Source: Monocercomonoides exilis PA203
Taxonomy: Eukaryota > Protista > Preaxostyla
NCBI GenBank assembly: GCA_001643675.2
Contig: LSRY02000002.1
Location: 1,302,001-1,366,000, forward strand
Length of the DNA: 64,000 nt
Direction: 5' to 3'
The notes under the pieces are model-generated. The model worked only from the letters and a program-made list of their open reading frames with translations, searched no databases and was not told the DNA's origin. Position 1 is the stretch's first letter; each line of letters starts with the position of its first letter. A program made the translations under genes and the position numbers. Of the stretch, positions 28,201 through 37,687 are shown in pieces.

Positions 28201-31200
28201 TGGCAGCGGATGGTGTTATTGTGTGTGAGAACAACACTTTTGAGGGGAGTACTCTCGTTGGTGAGGAAAGTTGCGGTGGTGCATTATATTTAAATTTTGA
28301 AGCATCAAATGTGGTGTACTCGATGCGGAATGTTCAATTCTCACGAAACGAAGCCGGACTTGGGAGCAACGTGTTTTTGGTGTGTCCAACTCCACGCGTC
28401 ACTATTGACCGCAACCGGTGGATAGGATCAGCTGTAGAAGGGCAACCGAACAAGACGATGTGGGTGATGGATACAGAGGAGCCTCCACTTGTGAACACAA
28501 CGCTGCTGAAGTATTTATTCCCAACAAAGGACAACATAATTTTTGTTAACAAGGAATATGGAAGTACGAGCAACTGTGGAGATGAGGACTACCCATGCGC
28601 AGAACTTTTCATCGGATACGATCGACTTGGAACCGAAAAGGATGTACTGCAGATCATCTACTCGACGGAACTTACCGGGCAGATTGTGCGACAAAATGCC
28701 CCCCTCACCATTCGAGGAAGAGATTCCACTTCTGCAAGCTCCAACCTTGTTGTTGGGTCAAGTGGTCATCTGGTTTTTGAAGCAGTGTCAGCGGATATAG
28801 TCTTATCGATTGAGCGCATTGTGTTTACGCTTCCGTATCCTCAGGCTGATCATAATGAGCTGCTTCAACTGAATTTTGGAAAGGTGTATTTTGTATCGTG
28901 TATCTTTGGAGTTTCCACAGATGCCCCTGAAGAAGGATTAACGAGAATTGGGTGTAGCTTGTGGATTGCATGCTGCAGTGGAGGAGAACTTCAATTCTGC
29001 GATGTCGCAGTAAAGCATCTGGATTATGTTTCTGAGAGAGGTGTTGTCTGGATGCAAGATAATGCGAAAGGTAGATTTAACAGCACAAACGTTACTGGTC
29101 TATCTTGCACAGGAAGTGGTCTCATATACGAAACGGGTAGGGCTCATTTAACGTTAGAGAACTGCACAATTGAAGAATGCACCACAGTTAAAGGAGGAGT
29201 TATGTGCGTGGAAGATGAAAGTGGAGTGGAATCGAATGGCGGGTGCGTGTTTCGTAGTTGTACATGTGACAAAGGAAGTGGAGGATGGATGAAAGTGATG
29301 CTGAAGTCAAGGGGCTCGATAAGCATTAAAAATACACAAATTGAGCAATGTGTGGCTTATGATGACATTGACCCAAACAGCATTGGTGGAAAAGGAGGAG
29401 GTGCGATGCTTGCATTTGGAGATAATTTCTGCAACGATATCTTGTTGCAATTTGTATCATTTACAAATAATGATGCAGAGCTAGGAAAAGATCTATTTAT
29501 TGAGTGCAAGAGCTTGAATGAGACGGTAACCCCAGTTCGATTTGAGGGCGTATCTGGAGATAAAGCAGATGGTTCTGCTGATCTGCGGGGAAGTGACAGG
29601 ACAATTTTGGAGGGAAATCCGATTTGCTTGGATGTGTTCCTTGTGCAGCGTCTACGATCGCGCAACTTCATATCTTCTCAAACAGGTCTTGATCTCCTTG
29701 GATGTGGTGAGACAGACTTCCCATGTAAGACTTTTTGGCGAGCTGTGGCAAATGCTTCTCCCACCGAGACAAATAAAGAATTGATAATTGAGGGAAGTGC
29801 ATCCATAGCAGATGAGTACAACCTCTCGAGCTTCGATATCTGTTCTTCTGATAACATTGTACAAGCAGTTATCAATGTTGTGCCAGCCATTCCTGAAGGC
29901 CGATTTTCAGCTGTGATGGTAAACGAAAAGACACTGAAGTTACGAATTATTGACTTTTCCTTGCCTAGCGATATAACCAGTTTTCGAGACTCATTGATTT
30001 CATCAAGCTCTGTGTCTTCAGAACTCTTGTTGCTGAACTGTTCATTCTTTTGTGAAAGTTCAGATCCATTGAGATACAGCATAATATATGCACATGGAGG
30101 GGTTGTTCGTGTTGAGAAATGTGTGATGTGCGCACTTAACTGTGGAAATGTGCCGTTTCGCCTGAGCTGCACTTTGTTTATTTCAAATTGCATTCTCACC
30201 AATATAGTTACCCCCGCAAGCTGTGAAGGAGGTGCCTTGCACATTGAACTGCCGCTGGGATGTGACTTGTCCATGGCAGGGACAACAGTCCAAGAATGCT
30301 CGTGTTCAATCGAGAAAGGATTTGGAGGTGCAATATTTCTTGACGCATCTCTTCCCTCTGAATCTTGTCCTTTTCTATTTCGAGACATTACGCTTGCCGA
30401 TAACAAAGCGTGGCAAGGCAAGAACATGTTTATTTGTTCATCCGATCTCAACAAGTCTGTTACAGCGGATTCGTTCAAGTTCGACTTCAGCTCAGGCGAA
30501 AAAGACGAAAACATGTTTGCTGGAGAAGATGGATCTTTTGGGCAAGTAGATCTGTTGATATTTCTCATTAAATATGAGGCACTTTGTGTGACTGCTTCAA
30601 CTGAAGGAGCAGATGTGGTGAGATGTGGAAGTGCCGAGCTACCTTGCTTTTCGTTCTGGAAGGCAATGCGCCAATTTAGCCAGAGAAGCAGCAATGAATC
30701 ATACGAACTAAGGATAGCAGACTCAACTATTTTGCGGAACAATTTCGATGTATCTGAGTTTGTAGTTTTTGGAAGCGCAGGAAAAATTGATGGATATAGT
30801 TTAAGTCGGATGCTGTGCGAAGGAAACGTAGATGGAGGTGAAGCAGCGCTGCTTGTAAATCGGAAAACGCTGAAGATAACGAGTATTTGTATTGCCATTG
30901 GGAGCGTGTTTGGCAATGCAGAAGATGCAGTGATTGTGAGCGAAAGCGGCGAGTTGGCATTTATGGAGTGTGTGTTTGAAACTTGCTTATCAGCAAACGA
31001 GGCGAGCGGAGTGGGTTTTGTTATGGTGAAAGGCGGAAATATTACGATGACGCTGCAGGGTATAAGAAATGTGCATTCAGGAAAGCCTGTGTTTAAGATT
31101 CTATCAGGGTGCTTCTGTCAAGCGGATGAGATGGCTGTGGATCATGTGGAGCTCGTGGGAGGGAGCTTGATAATCATTGAGCAAGGGAAGCAAGGACAGA

Positions 31201-34200
31201 TGCAGGGAAATGGTAAGACTCGTACGACTGTTGTTTTGAAGAACTCGACATTTGTGAGTGTAACCAGAGAAGGAAATGGAAGCTCAGTAGCTGGATGTTC
31301 AAGCTCAGGTTCATACAGCGATAGTGAATACATTTGGCTGGAAGCGAACGGATCACGGTTCGAAGGGTGCAAAGCAGGGGCTGGTGAGAAGGGTGGAATG
31401 CTAATGTTTTTACTGCAGGAAGAGGGTCACCTTGTTGTAAGCAACAGCCAGATTGCTCAATGTGCATGCTCCATGAACTGCGGCCGTGGCGGTGGGGTGT
31501 ATGTAGACAGCTCAATAAGCGGGGAGCTTGATATGCTTTTCAGCCGACTTACGTTCAAAGCGAATTTAGCCAGCGTAGGTAACGATGTATTTGTCCGCTG
31601 TGAGTCAATCGAAACTCAAATCAACGAGACGCACTTCCGCATTGATCTTGGAGCAGATTCGTTCAATTCGGTGAATGCTATATACGGGATTGATCTTACA
31701 CACAGGGATCCTGTCGATCTCATGAACTATGTCAGCATCTATCAGTCGAACACAATCCTGGTGAGTACAGCAGATGGCGCAAACGGTAGCAATGAGCGCC
31801 AATGTGGCAGTTGGGTCTTACCGTGTCGCACGCTTGATTATGCCGTCACTCATCTTTCAGAGAAATATACTCGGATGCTACTTGTTCAAGCAGCCTGTGA
31901 GCTGCATGGCGAAGCAGACTTTGATTCAGTCATTTTTGGAGCAGCTATGAGCGCCAACTGTTCGGTTGATGTTTTGTCTGGCATATCTCGATCACGTTCT
32001 GCACTTATTTCTTCATCTGGAAAGGTGACTTTCACTGCAGTCAGTTTTGTGTTTGCATCGCCTTTTGTTTCCTCTCACTCGCTGTTTCTTGAAGCTCTCA
32101 ACGGTACGCTATCTCTATCATCGTGCCGTTTTGCAGCATATGCCATATCTCGCTCCTTTACTCCTTCTGCAAATGTGGCTGCTGGTCCAATTCCATTTAA
32201 CCTTATTTCAGTCGATTCTGCAATGCTCTTTATGTTTGATGTTCATATAAGAGATCTCGAATTTTCATCTCTTCTTCCTCTTATCGTTGTTGGAAGCGCG
32301 CCGTCAACTGTACACTTTCTTCATGTTGAAAGTTTGAAATTTTCTGGATCGGTTTTAGCATTCACCCAGGCAATATCCATTGATGGAGCACAAGATGATG
32401 ATATTAGCTATAAAGTTACCTCATCCACGTTTCAAAATGTGAGCTGCATCCAGGACTCTGGAAGCATAATCCATTGTGAAGCCTGTGAAGTGCCTGTCAT
32501 CTTGTCCAATTGCACAATTGAGCATTCCAAGGTTGGGAAGCAAAATGGGGGAGCTTGTTTGATAAAATCTTGTTGTGATATCAGGATGGATCTGTGTGAA
32601 TTTTCTGGGGAATACGCTGAAGCATCTGCAGAAGAAATTGTTTTTGAGGGGATTAAAAACATGCAAGAGGCAATCTGCCACTGGAACAGCTCGGCTGTAG
32701 AGCTTGCGAATTGTTCGGCAAAGATTACGGACACTGCCTTTACAAATTGGGCTATCGGAGCATTGTCTACAATTGGAGGGGTTGTTAATGTGGAAAAGGG
32801 TGAATTTCTGGGAAACGATCCTTTGTTTTCGAAATATAGTTCAACGAGAAGAAACATTTTATGCGAAAAGGAAGGAAAGCTCAATATTGAGGGTCTGAAA
32901 GGAGGTGATGGGATGGAGAGAAACGCATCACTGTGGATATTGAATGATGGATGCGAACTGTCTGGAATAGTGTTGGAAAGAGCATCAGAGTTTTTCATCC
33001 CAACGCTTGAAGCAGTGGAGATGAAGGAAGTTGGGGACACAATTGAACTGACGTTCAGAGGAACAGTTCTTCTGCCGTGCAACCTGCAGTTCCAGATTGT
33101 TTCAAGAATGGGAGAAGTCAGCTCGATTGAGACCCATGCCTTTTCGGATGAAGACTTTGTTTCAGAGGTGGAGGTGCATGGGAGGATTGGAACATCCTTG
33201 ATCAGCACAGCAGGGGAGGAGGTTGAGGTCAGTGCACACATTTTGTTTGGAAATTCAAATTCCCCTTCAACAACTGAATCATTCATTTTGAAGAACCGAA
33301 GTGAAACGAAATCAGAAGCAGATGGAAAAGTTGTTGAAGGAGGAAAAGAAGGAAAATCGTTTTGGCCAATAATAGTTATTGCAATGGCAATTATTCTTTT
33401 GATTGTTCTTGTTGGATTTATTATATTTGTTGTTCGATGGAAGAAGGCAAAGAACGAGAACAAAGATCTGAGAGAGATTGTGAACGACAACATCAGAAAA
33501 GATCCGAAGGCATTTGAGATGGTGACAATGGAGATGTCGCCAGAGGAGCAGTGGCGAAGAGCAGAGAAGGAGGCAGAGAAAAAGAACGAAGAAAGGATAA
33601 AGAAAAGAATAAATGGAAAGGAGATGGTTCATTCAGAATCTGAAGAGTACCTTCTGTCTGAGAGTGGCTCCACTGAATATATATTGGGAAAAGATTCAGA
33701 CAAGATTCCTGATTGGGCATTGGAAAAGATTGATGAGAAGGAAGAAGAAGAGTCAAGAAAGAGAACACCATCTCCATCGATTTCATCAACTTCAACAACA
33801 GACACTTCAGACACAGACACAACATTTGTTCGAATGGAAGATGCATGCCCTACCACATCATCCATGTCGAATCTGGTAGATGCTATGAGCTGCTCGTCTC
33901 CACACGAGAAGCTGATTGTGGATCTACGGGATTCGCTATTTATGTTGTTACATGGAAGGAACGAGAAGAAAGAAATGGCGATAGGGACTCTGGAAGAGAG
34001 GGAGATGACAGCTGCACAGATCCTGTTCTGGGTTGCGAACGGAGCACTCCACTCACTTGAGAAGGAGGAAATGCCACTTCAGTCATTGGACAATTTGAGT
34101 CCGCACATTGTGTTGTTCTCGGAGCACATGGTCATCTGCATTGCGATGCACTCGGATTGCTCATCTGATTCTGATTCATCTTCGATTTCGTCATCCTCCA

Positions 34201-34715
34201 CTGTCATTACATCTTCCTCTGATTACTCAACTGCCAATAGGAATGGTCGTGGTTCTCCTCCACCATCATCTGCCTTTGAGGAGGATGATGATCTCAGGAA
34301 GGAGTATTTGCGATGGAAGGCACCAGAGCTGATGAACGGGGCAAAGCAGCATACGACGAAGAAGGGAGCAGTGTTCTCGATTGGGATGATGCTGTGGGAG
34401 TGTCTGACGCTGCAGATCCCGTTTGGGGAGTACGAAGCAGTGGTGGCGGGGCAGAAGATTGTGAATGGGGAGAGGCCGGTGATAGGCGCAGAGCTTCTGG
34501 GGTGCTTCAACGATACGGTTGCTGGGTGCCTGTCACCTGGGTGGCAGAGCAGGCCGACGCTTGTTGATCTGAAGCGAGAGTTCATCCAGCGATTTCCAGC
34601 AGGGTTAGTGATGCTGACTGTGTCGGATGCGATCGACGTTGCGGGGGGTGCGGGGAGAGGCAACTGCAGCAGGATTGTAAGCAGTGGCAGTGGCAGCGAG
34701 AGTTGGTTCAGCTGA
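22275..34715 (+). CDS. Giant intronless type I membrane receptor-like protein: signal peptide, ~8 Cys-rich beta-helix (pectin lyase/PMP-like) modules, one TM helix, C-terminal degenerate protein-kinase-like domain
   Basis: 4157 aa ORF (first ATG 22275, MLQFICTVSLLCSIFVDA). Recurrent GGAI/GGAL, F..N.A..G.D and CG....PC motifs. TM FWPIIVIAMAIILLIVLVGFIIFVVRW at ~33360-33440. Kinase C-lobe motifs RWKAPE, VFSIGMMLWECLTLQIPF, RPTL. Confidence 0.9.
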   Translation: MLQFICTVSLLCSIFVDARGVRTVNFGKLREADHFSSFFRQIDKSFAVATASISPTSPFLILNSTTTFRDIFFTSSVNYWPQFYCFSSFLCITSCAVACDTIGKISPFTSYDSSTSIYNATFMNPSCSSLIAPLFSQDSSGSSFSQLFHFSSSVVQSLVLASTPFLLPASFTSGRIYDSIFFNITISPLLRSHMDTMPGQREASISDSAFTKVENVYDGGIVQSVNAPGNNILCSNCSFLSCSRELSNDTRKPYPSREDYSYRSCSFSDSLFTLTSQLRGGAIFVGTNGSLNVQRCSFIECQTSIRGGAIFLIEFSNSEINVTDFANCTANDSDGALGIFHGIHAITYNCLFVNCSSREQFGAMNNEYSPRDYLINNCTFSYCLCNGTGGCVGLAYPPSEFSIVDSLLEHSTSSRGGAIYFHSNTESTSMRWIFLLFRNNSSPLGNDAYSTPGLYEKLNKSQFVSCFSTSEQPRFLHCPKTGQCTLNHNENDWLPNPSPIEINVKNSGQDLESCGAEGLECKTVKHAFSRSIPILGQSILLHSETFIVGELKINAQYIAVRAKIKTQAQNNRPIIETNTSAEAFCRIVTGSCGMEEVNVLHSCTKWPTTALFVVEGSGSLGLVEVSISCSAEGISYFTCGLINAQSDGASIELARVKFSGIKSTKSVLGFAMSCGWKISDILFDEVERTTGNGGALEVTVEPGDALELENITFSSCRSKIGDGGGMWVLAKNESKVVVGNASARSGAISFNACEANGLGGGLYVYMEENVDVRLSSLTFTGCTASAGRDVFVSAFNMGNAVKQGLISFLPELTDVNGVSGYERSTTNESFVIPIVVYLWSNRTARAYVHNNKQSSADFTGCGVAEYPCRSVDGAARLHFAEADRKLRLCEGFSFDCYLALNARMFDFDVEAKGTVKVRVESTVAGAGEGLVECSVPTVFTNISFELGSAVGVKKAFLYSHSASLRMKDCSMCMAPGAQAARFSFMHVTSGTTELSGFVVVQQENGVAFGDAPMGIFEGSCTCTVNEMTLFNTTTGSSRGLVCFSSTGNAIVKYCTFSNAAGSLGAIVHVACASKVEVSNSTFHNILRSIGDGSSVCVMGASSDCEASGEAQILNCTLQNCSVDGAGGCGGGVSAQLGLHSSLIVKDTTFQECAAPLQGESGGKGGALFLSLHNTASSFTLGATVTFSSNTAMLGDDVFVSAPDLDFTVTAEHFLYFDKHHPFAREAACGMDHRWSDAVIPLVYYLMDREPNVCVADTGFDVSVCGFTDYPCKTISHALTRQSAEKSILLASEFNFYERVKLSDAYFCSISAQENASISSSFSTISMYGDGIASQALVIVEQEISVERVRFEADCCLTTPQKGLILIACDSALCEMKKCTIGMSLTENRHESATGADEGASAIRCEFCVVEAGKLLLIEFTVESLKVERCGLIDVCGTGACQVNGCVMNGGEWASEKGVFEYCSSNSMTLQNLIAERIICNGGPIVADINGKALTVVNCSFDHIELRMGNGSVLRCDVSDASSTVEVVDTNVTGAAALDGCGGAISVIARNSAHVRIGYGEVITALTMCEAKSGSGKRSGGSGDIRNIHRQNGNGKGIGGAIHVRSVGVSDDIAFGSISFGTDEQANSASWSGKNIFIESDNLSRTVKPGLFGFAVDLVTKSTFDELNGFEAGNESYSIPLAVYLVDFDGKAWVAGTDADGVDYRMCGISHYPCATIPFAITARFGEGDATVILSSTFTFKERIVFNDSNSILITLSPEVNLGRISVASDNSGQGDSVVEMNCKATLQGIGFVLPPNFVRTERCCFLHCNGAEILLEDCSASKGREGNVAYSVVLVTGGSTTLKNFKMEDFSLGNVIAVEVRGAEASAKLENVTLKGVNSESMKGLALCCDGGRLDLQNATANDSTAANHCVITVSAGSSSSIQNCSFTDLIRREGDGGVVVGEVCGGAKVQMKECVFRGVACVESGRKGGSVCVHVAADGVIVCENNTFEGSTLVGEESCGGALYLNFEASNVVYSMRNVQFSRNEAGLGSNVFLVCPTPRVTIDRNRWIGSAVEGQPNKTMWVMDTEEPPLVNTTLLKYLFPTKDNIIFVNKEYGSTSNCGDEDYPCAELFIGYDRLGTEKDVLQIIYSTELTGQIVRQNAPLTIRGRDSTSASSNLVVGSSGHLVFEAVSADIVLSIERIVFTLPYPQADHNELLQLNFGKVYFVSCIFGVSTDAPEEGLTRIGCSLWIACCSGGELQFCDVAVKHLDYVSERGVVWMQDNAKGRFNSTNVTGLSCTGSGLIYETGRAHLTLENCTIEECTTVKGGVMCVEDESGVESNGGCVFRSCTCDKGSGGWMKVMLKSRGSISIKNTQIEQCVAYDDIDPNSIGGKGGGAMLAFGDNFCNDILLQFVSFTNNDAELGKDLFIECKSLNETVTPVRFEGVSGDKADGSADLRGSDRTILEGNPICLDVFLVQRLRSRNFISSQTGLDLLGCGETDFPCKTFWRAVANASPTETNKELIIEGSASIADEYNLSSFDICSSDNIVQAVINVVPAIPEGRFSAVMVNEKTLKLRIIDFSLPSDITSFRDSLISSSSVSSELLLLNCSFFCESSDPLRYSIIYAHGGVVRVEKCVMCALNCGNVPFRLSCTLFISNCILTNIVTPASCEGGALHIELPLGCDLSMAGTTVQECSCSIEKGFGGAIFLDASLPSESCPFLFRDITLADNKAWQGKNMFICSSDLNKSVTADSFKFDFSSGEKDENMFAGEDGSFGQVDLLIFLIKYEALCVTASTEGADVVRCGSAELPCFSFWKAMRQFSQRSSNESYELRIADSTILRNNFDVSEFVVFGSAGKIDGYSLSRMLCEGNVDGGEAALLVNRKTLKITSICIAIGSVFGNAEDAVIVSESGELAFMECVFETCLSANEASGVGFVMVKGGNITMTLQGIRNVHSGKPVFKILSGCFCQADEMAVDHVELVGGSLIIIEQGKQGQMQGNGKTRTTVVLKNSTFVSVTREGNGSSVAGCSSSGSYSDSEYIWLEANGSRFEGCKAGAGEKGGMLMFLLQEEGHLVVSNSQIAQCACSMNCGRGGGVYVDSSISGELDMLFSRLTFKANLASVGNDVFVRCESIETQINETHFRIDLGADSFNSVNAIYGIDLTHRDPVDLMNYVSIYQSNTILVSTADGANGSNERQCGSWVLPCRTLDYAVTHLSEKYTRMLLVQAACELHGEADFDSVIFGAAMSANCSVDVLSGISRSRSALISSSGKVTFTAVSFVFASPFVSSHSLFLEALNGTLSLSSCRFAAYAISRSFTPSANVAAGPIPFNLISVDSAMLFMFDVHIRDLEFSSLLPLIVVGSAPSTVHFLHVESLKFSGSVLAFTQAISIDGAQDDDISYKVTSSTFQNVSCIQDSGSIIHCEACEVPVILSNCTIEHSKVGKQNGGACLIKSCCDIRMDLCEFSGEYAEASAEEIVFEGIKNMQEAICHWNSSAVELANCSAKITDTAFTNWAIGALSTIGGVVNVEKGEFLGNDPLFSKYSSTRRNILCEKEGKLNIEGLKGGDGMERNASLWILNDGCELSGIVLERASEFFIPTLEAVEMKEVGDTIELTFRGTVLLPCNLQFQIVSRMGEVSSIETHAFSDEDFVSEVEVHGRIGTSLISTAGEEVEVSAHILFGNSNSPSTTESFILKNRSETKSEADGKVVEGGKEGKSFWPIIVIAMAIILLIVLVGFIIFVVRWKKAKNENKDLREIVNDNIRKDPKAFEMVTMEMSPEEQWRRAEKEAEKKNEERIKKRINGKEMVHSESEEYLLSESGSTEYILGKDSDKIPDWALEKIDEKEEEESRKRTPSPSISSTSTTDTSDTDTTFVRMEDACPTTSSMSNLVDAMSCSSPHEKLIVDLRDSLFMLLHGRNEKKEMAIGTLEEREMTAAQILFWVANGALHSLEKEEMPLQSLDNLSPHIVLFSEHMVICIAMHSDCSSDSDSSSISSSSTVITSSSDYSTANRNGRGSPPPSSAFEEDDDLRKEYLRWKAPELMNGAKQHTTKKGAVFSIGMMLWECLTLQIPFGEYEAVVAGQKIVNGERPVIGAELLGCFNDTVAGCLSPGWQSRPTLVDLKREFIQRFPAGLVMLTVSDAIDVAGGAGRGNCSRIVSSGSGSESWFS

Positions 34716-36569
34716 GAAAGAGAGGAGATGTTTGAAGAAATTTTGATATAGCAGGTGCAGAATGAGCAACTGTGCAGATATTGTTTTCTTCTTTCTTTGA
34801 ATAACTTTCTTGGATATAATAGTATATATGTTATTTGTATGCATCTGTGTGCATCTGTGTATTCATTTGTGTATGCTTGTTTTTATTTATTCCTTTTCTC
34901 TCTTTACAATTCTTTCGTGTTTTGTGTTTTTAATAATTATTCCGAATTGTAATTGAATTGCAAACTCTTGATTTTTTATAGAGTTGAATATTCATTTCAC
35001 CTATTGTTTGCTTCATCGGCATCTCATATTCCTGAGTTGACGATGACTTTTTGTGTTAATTGTTTCAGCATGGTTGATGCTTGGATTTCAGTTTCTATTT
35101 TTGTATTCACCTAATTTTTATAAGATATGCATAACTATTGTTGTTTATAGGTTTATAATTAATTATGTATTTATATATACAAACTTTAAAGATTGATATT
35201 TTTTTTTACAGTGATTGAGTAGTTTTCAATAGTGTGTCATTATGTTTGTTTGCTGGTTTATAAGTCTTTGTGAGAAATGTTTGTTTTGAATTACATGCCC
35301 ATTTTATTATTTTTAATATTATCTTACAAAGTGAAGATGTTTTTGAGGACGATTTTTGAAAAATCAATTTTTTTCAGAAAAAATAAAAATTGAAAAAATA
35401 TCATATAATGAAATGAAATAAATATCAAAATGTGTTCAAAAGGGTATTGACTATTATAAAAATAAAATTCGAAAAAAGAACATTAAAAACAAGGAATATT
35501 TATTTTGATTTATTCAGATTATTGTGAAAACTTCTGTTGATGGTCATTTCTTATGACATTTTTATAATTAAAAACTTTGTTCGAATGTTGTTGAAATATA
35601 TCTGTGCACACTTATTTTTTCCTTTTTTCATTCTTTTCATGTGGAAATTAATCGCAAGGACAAGAATTTCTTCCCGATTCTAAAAATAAATGGTGAATTT
35701 AAAAAAAAATTGATCAGAATCTGTAATTCTTTTTGTTTTGTTGAAAATGTTAAATTTTCAATTGAAATTATAGTTTCAAATCCAGATCAAATTTCAACTC
35801 ACACACATGCAACTTTCCTTGAAAGTTTGTTAAAACCTTGCAATGTTCCAACATTCATTCAAGTGATGTAATGTGAGTGTGAATAGAAATTTGATCAATA
35901 CAGGTATTTAATATTCCAATTGATAATTAAATCAATGCTTTTTTTTGAAAAAAAATAACACTCATGTGAAATATAGAATCTTCTGAATTTAGAAAAGACT
36001 GATTGCTGTATTCGCAATGGAAAAATGAACATCTATTCAAAAACAAAATAAAATTTCAAAAACAAAAATAAAATAAAAACGAGACAATAAAATTTTCTTA
36101 AATTGTTCAAAAAATTTCACAACCAATAGAAAAAAGGAATAAAAAAATTAAAATCATAATTTTTTGTGAAAAATCGTTTTGAGTTCGAAGTGCTAACGGC
36201 CAAAACCGGATATAATCTCATCGAGATTTGTGTAATTTTTCATGACTGCTTCAGGTGTGACTATGCGCGATGTGACTTTTCACAGAAAAAATCAAAAATT
36301 GATTTTCGAAAATTATTTTATTAGAGTGATATACCTATTTGGAAAAATCTTATCAAATACACTTTTTTTAACAAAGAAAACTATTGTTGTTGTTTCATTG
36401 TATTTTGTTTATTCTATTATTTTTTATTTGGTCAAAACAAAAAAAAAAATAAAAATTTAACATTTATATCGTGGAATCACAAAAAAGAGTTCCAAAATTT
36501 CATCAAAATATGATGATTTGTTTTTAACCCTGTGTTTATTTGAGATGAAAAATGAATGAAAAATGGCAA

Positions 36570-36955
36570 AATACAGATATCACACAAAATACCGGACAAG
36601 ATCGATTTCACAATAATTGCAAAAGGAATAAATCTGTTTGTTTTCCTTTAAAACACATCACATTAATGCAAACTCATTTGATATACAAAACTTTCAAAAC
36701 TTCCTCGTTTGTGCTCAGGAAAAATTTATATCGATATCTCGGAGAAATAGGATTTTGAGTTTCTCCGAGAATCAAACAATAATTTGCTCTGAGCACAAAC
36801 GAGTAAGTTTTGTATGTCTCGTTTATCAATTGAGTTTGTATCAATGAGATATATTTTGAGGAAAATTAACAGAATTTTTCTTCTTGCAGTTGTTGAGATA
36901 TCAATCTTGTCCGGTATTTTGTGCGATGTCCTGTATTTTCTGCGATATCTGTATG
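36570..36955. repeat. Imperfect ~390 bp palindrome (foldback) with 12 nt central loop; possible MITE/foldback element
   Basis: Symmetric arms: 36737-36747/36760-36770, 36704-36718/36789-36803, 36695-36702/36805-36812 and 36668-36683/36824-36839, all with the same coordinate sum 73507. Outer arms cacaaaataccggacaagat / atcttgtccggtattttgtg. Confidence 0.85.
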
Positions 36956-37687
36956 TTCGTTCACAAAAAATGTAATAAAAAATAAATGCAATAATATTAT
37001 ACGAGATTATATCAAATTTTGATTAAACTCTTGATTTCAAATGTGTTTCATTTTAAGTTGAAAAAGCAAACTATTCAAGCTATTTTCGGACTGTGCATTG
37101 AATATTTGTTTATGGAAAGAGAAAAATGATTTGTTATATTAAGATAAATCTGAAGAAAATCAAATATTGAATGTATTTTTGTTTAAAAAATATATTTTCT
37201 AAAAAGCGTATTTTTTTTTTTTTTTTTTTTTTTTGGTTGTTGTTGTCTAGCAAAATCTGAAATTCTGTTAATAATGAAGAAAAACATTTAATTTCTATTT
37301 ATCAGGTTTTTTATTTACGAAATATTTCTACAAATCACTTTCTCTGTGAATGTGAAAATTACACAAAAAAAAAAAAAAAAAACAAATCAAAAAATTTTCG
37401 AAGAATGATGCAATCCTAAAATGAAAGACCGGCCATTTGAAAATACGTTATTAGCTTGAAAAAAAATTAACCAAATCATGTTTCTGATAATTCTTAATTT
37501 GCAAATAACTCAAACATAATTTTCAAAAAAAACTTCAAACTTTCAAAGAATATTTGCAATTAAAATTCTTTTAATAATAAGAAATCAAATCAAATAAAAC
37601 AAAATGCGAAATGAAAAAAAAAGTAGAAGTGCTATTTAAAACATGAAAATAGTTTTCTAACACATAAATAATTTGTCCCCAACATTG

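Noticed and set aside
24179-34663. Long antisense ORFs (e.g. 412 aa at 29678-30916, 353 aa at 32432-33493) over the receptor gene
   Set aside because: Antisense ORFs lying wholly within the receptor CDS and explained by its codon bias; no domain motifs.
36160-36300. Slightly GC-richer island with aatttttc (Sm-like) flanked by tgtgaaaa/ttttcaca
   Set aside because: No recognisable snRNA 5' motif or convincing structure; would need an Infernal/Rfam search.
35641-36847. Short AT-rich ORFs in the 3 kb spacer as a transposase remnant
   Set aside because: No DDE, RT or helicase motifs; composition is typical of non-coding DNA.
21913-37382. Poly-T/poly-A tracts flanking the intronless receptor gene as retroposition scars
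   Set aside because: Wrong position and orientation relative to the gene, no target-site duplication seen, and such tracts occur in other spacers and introns.
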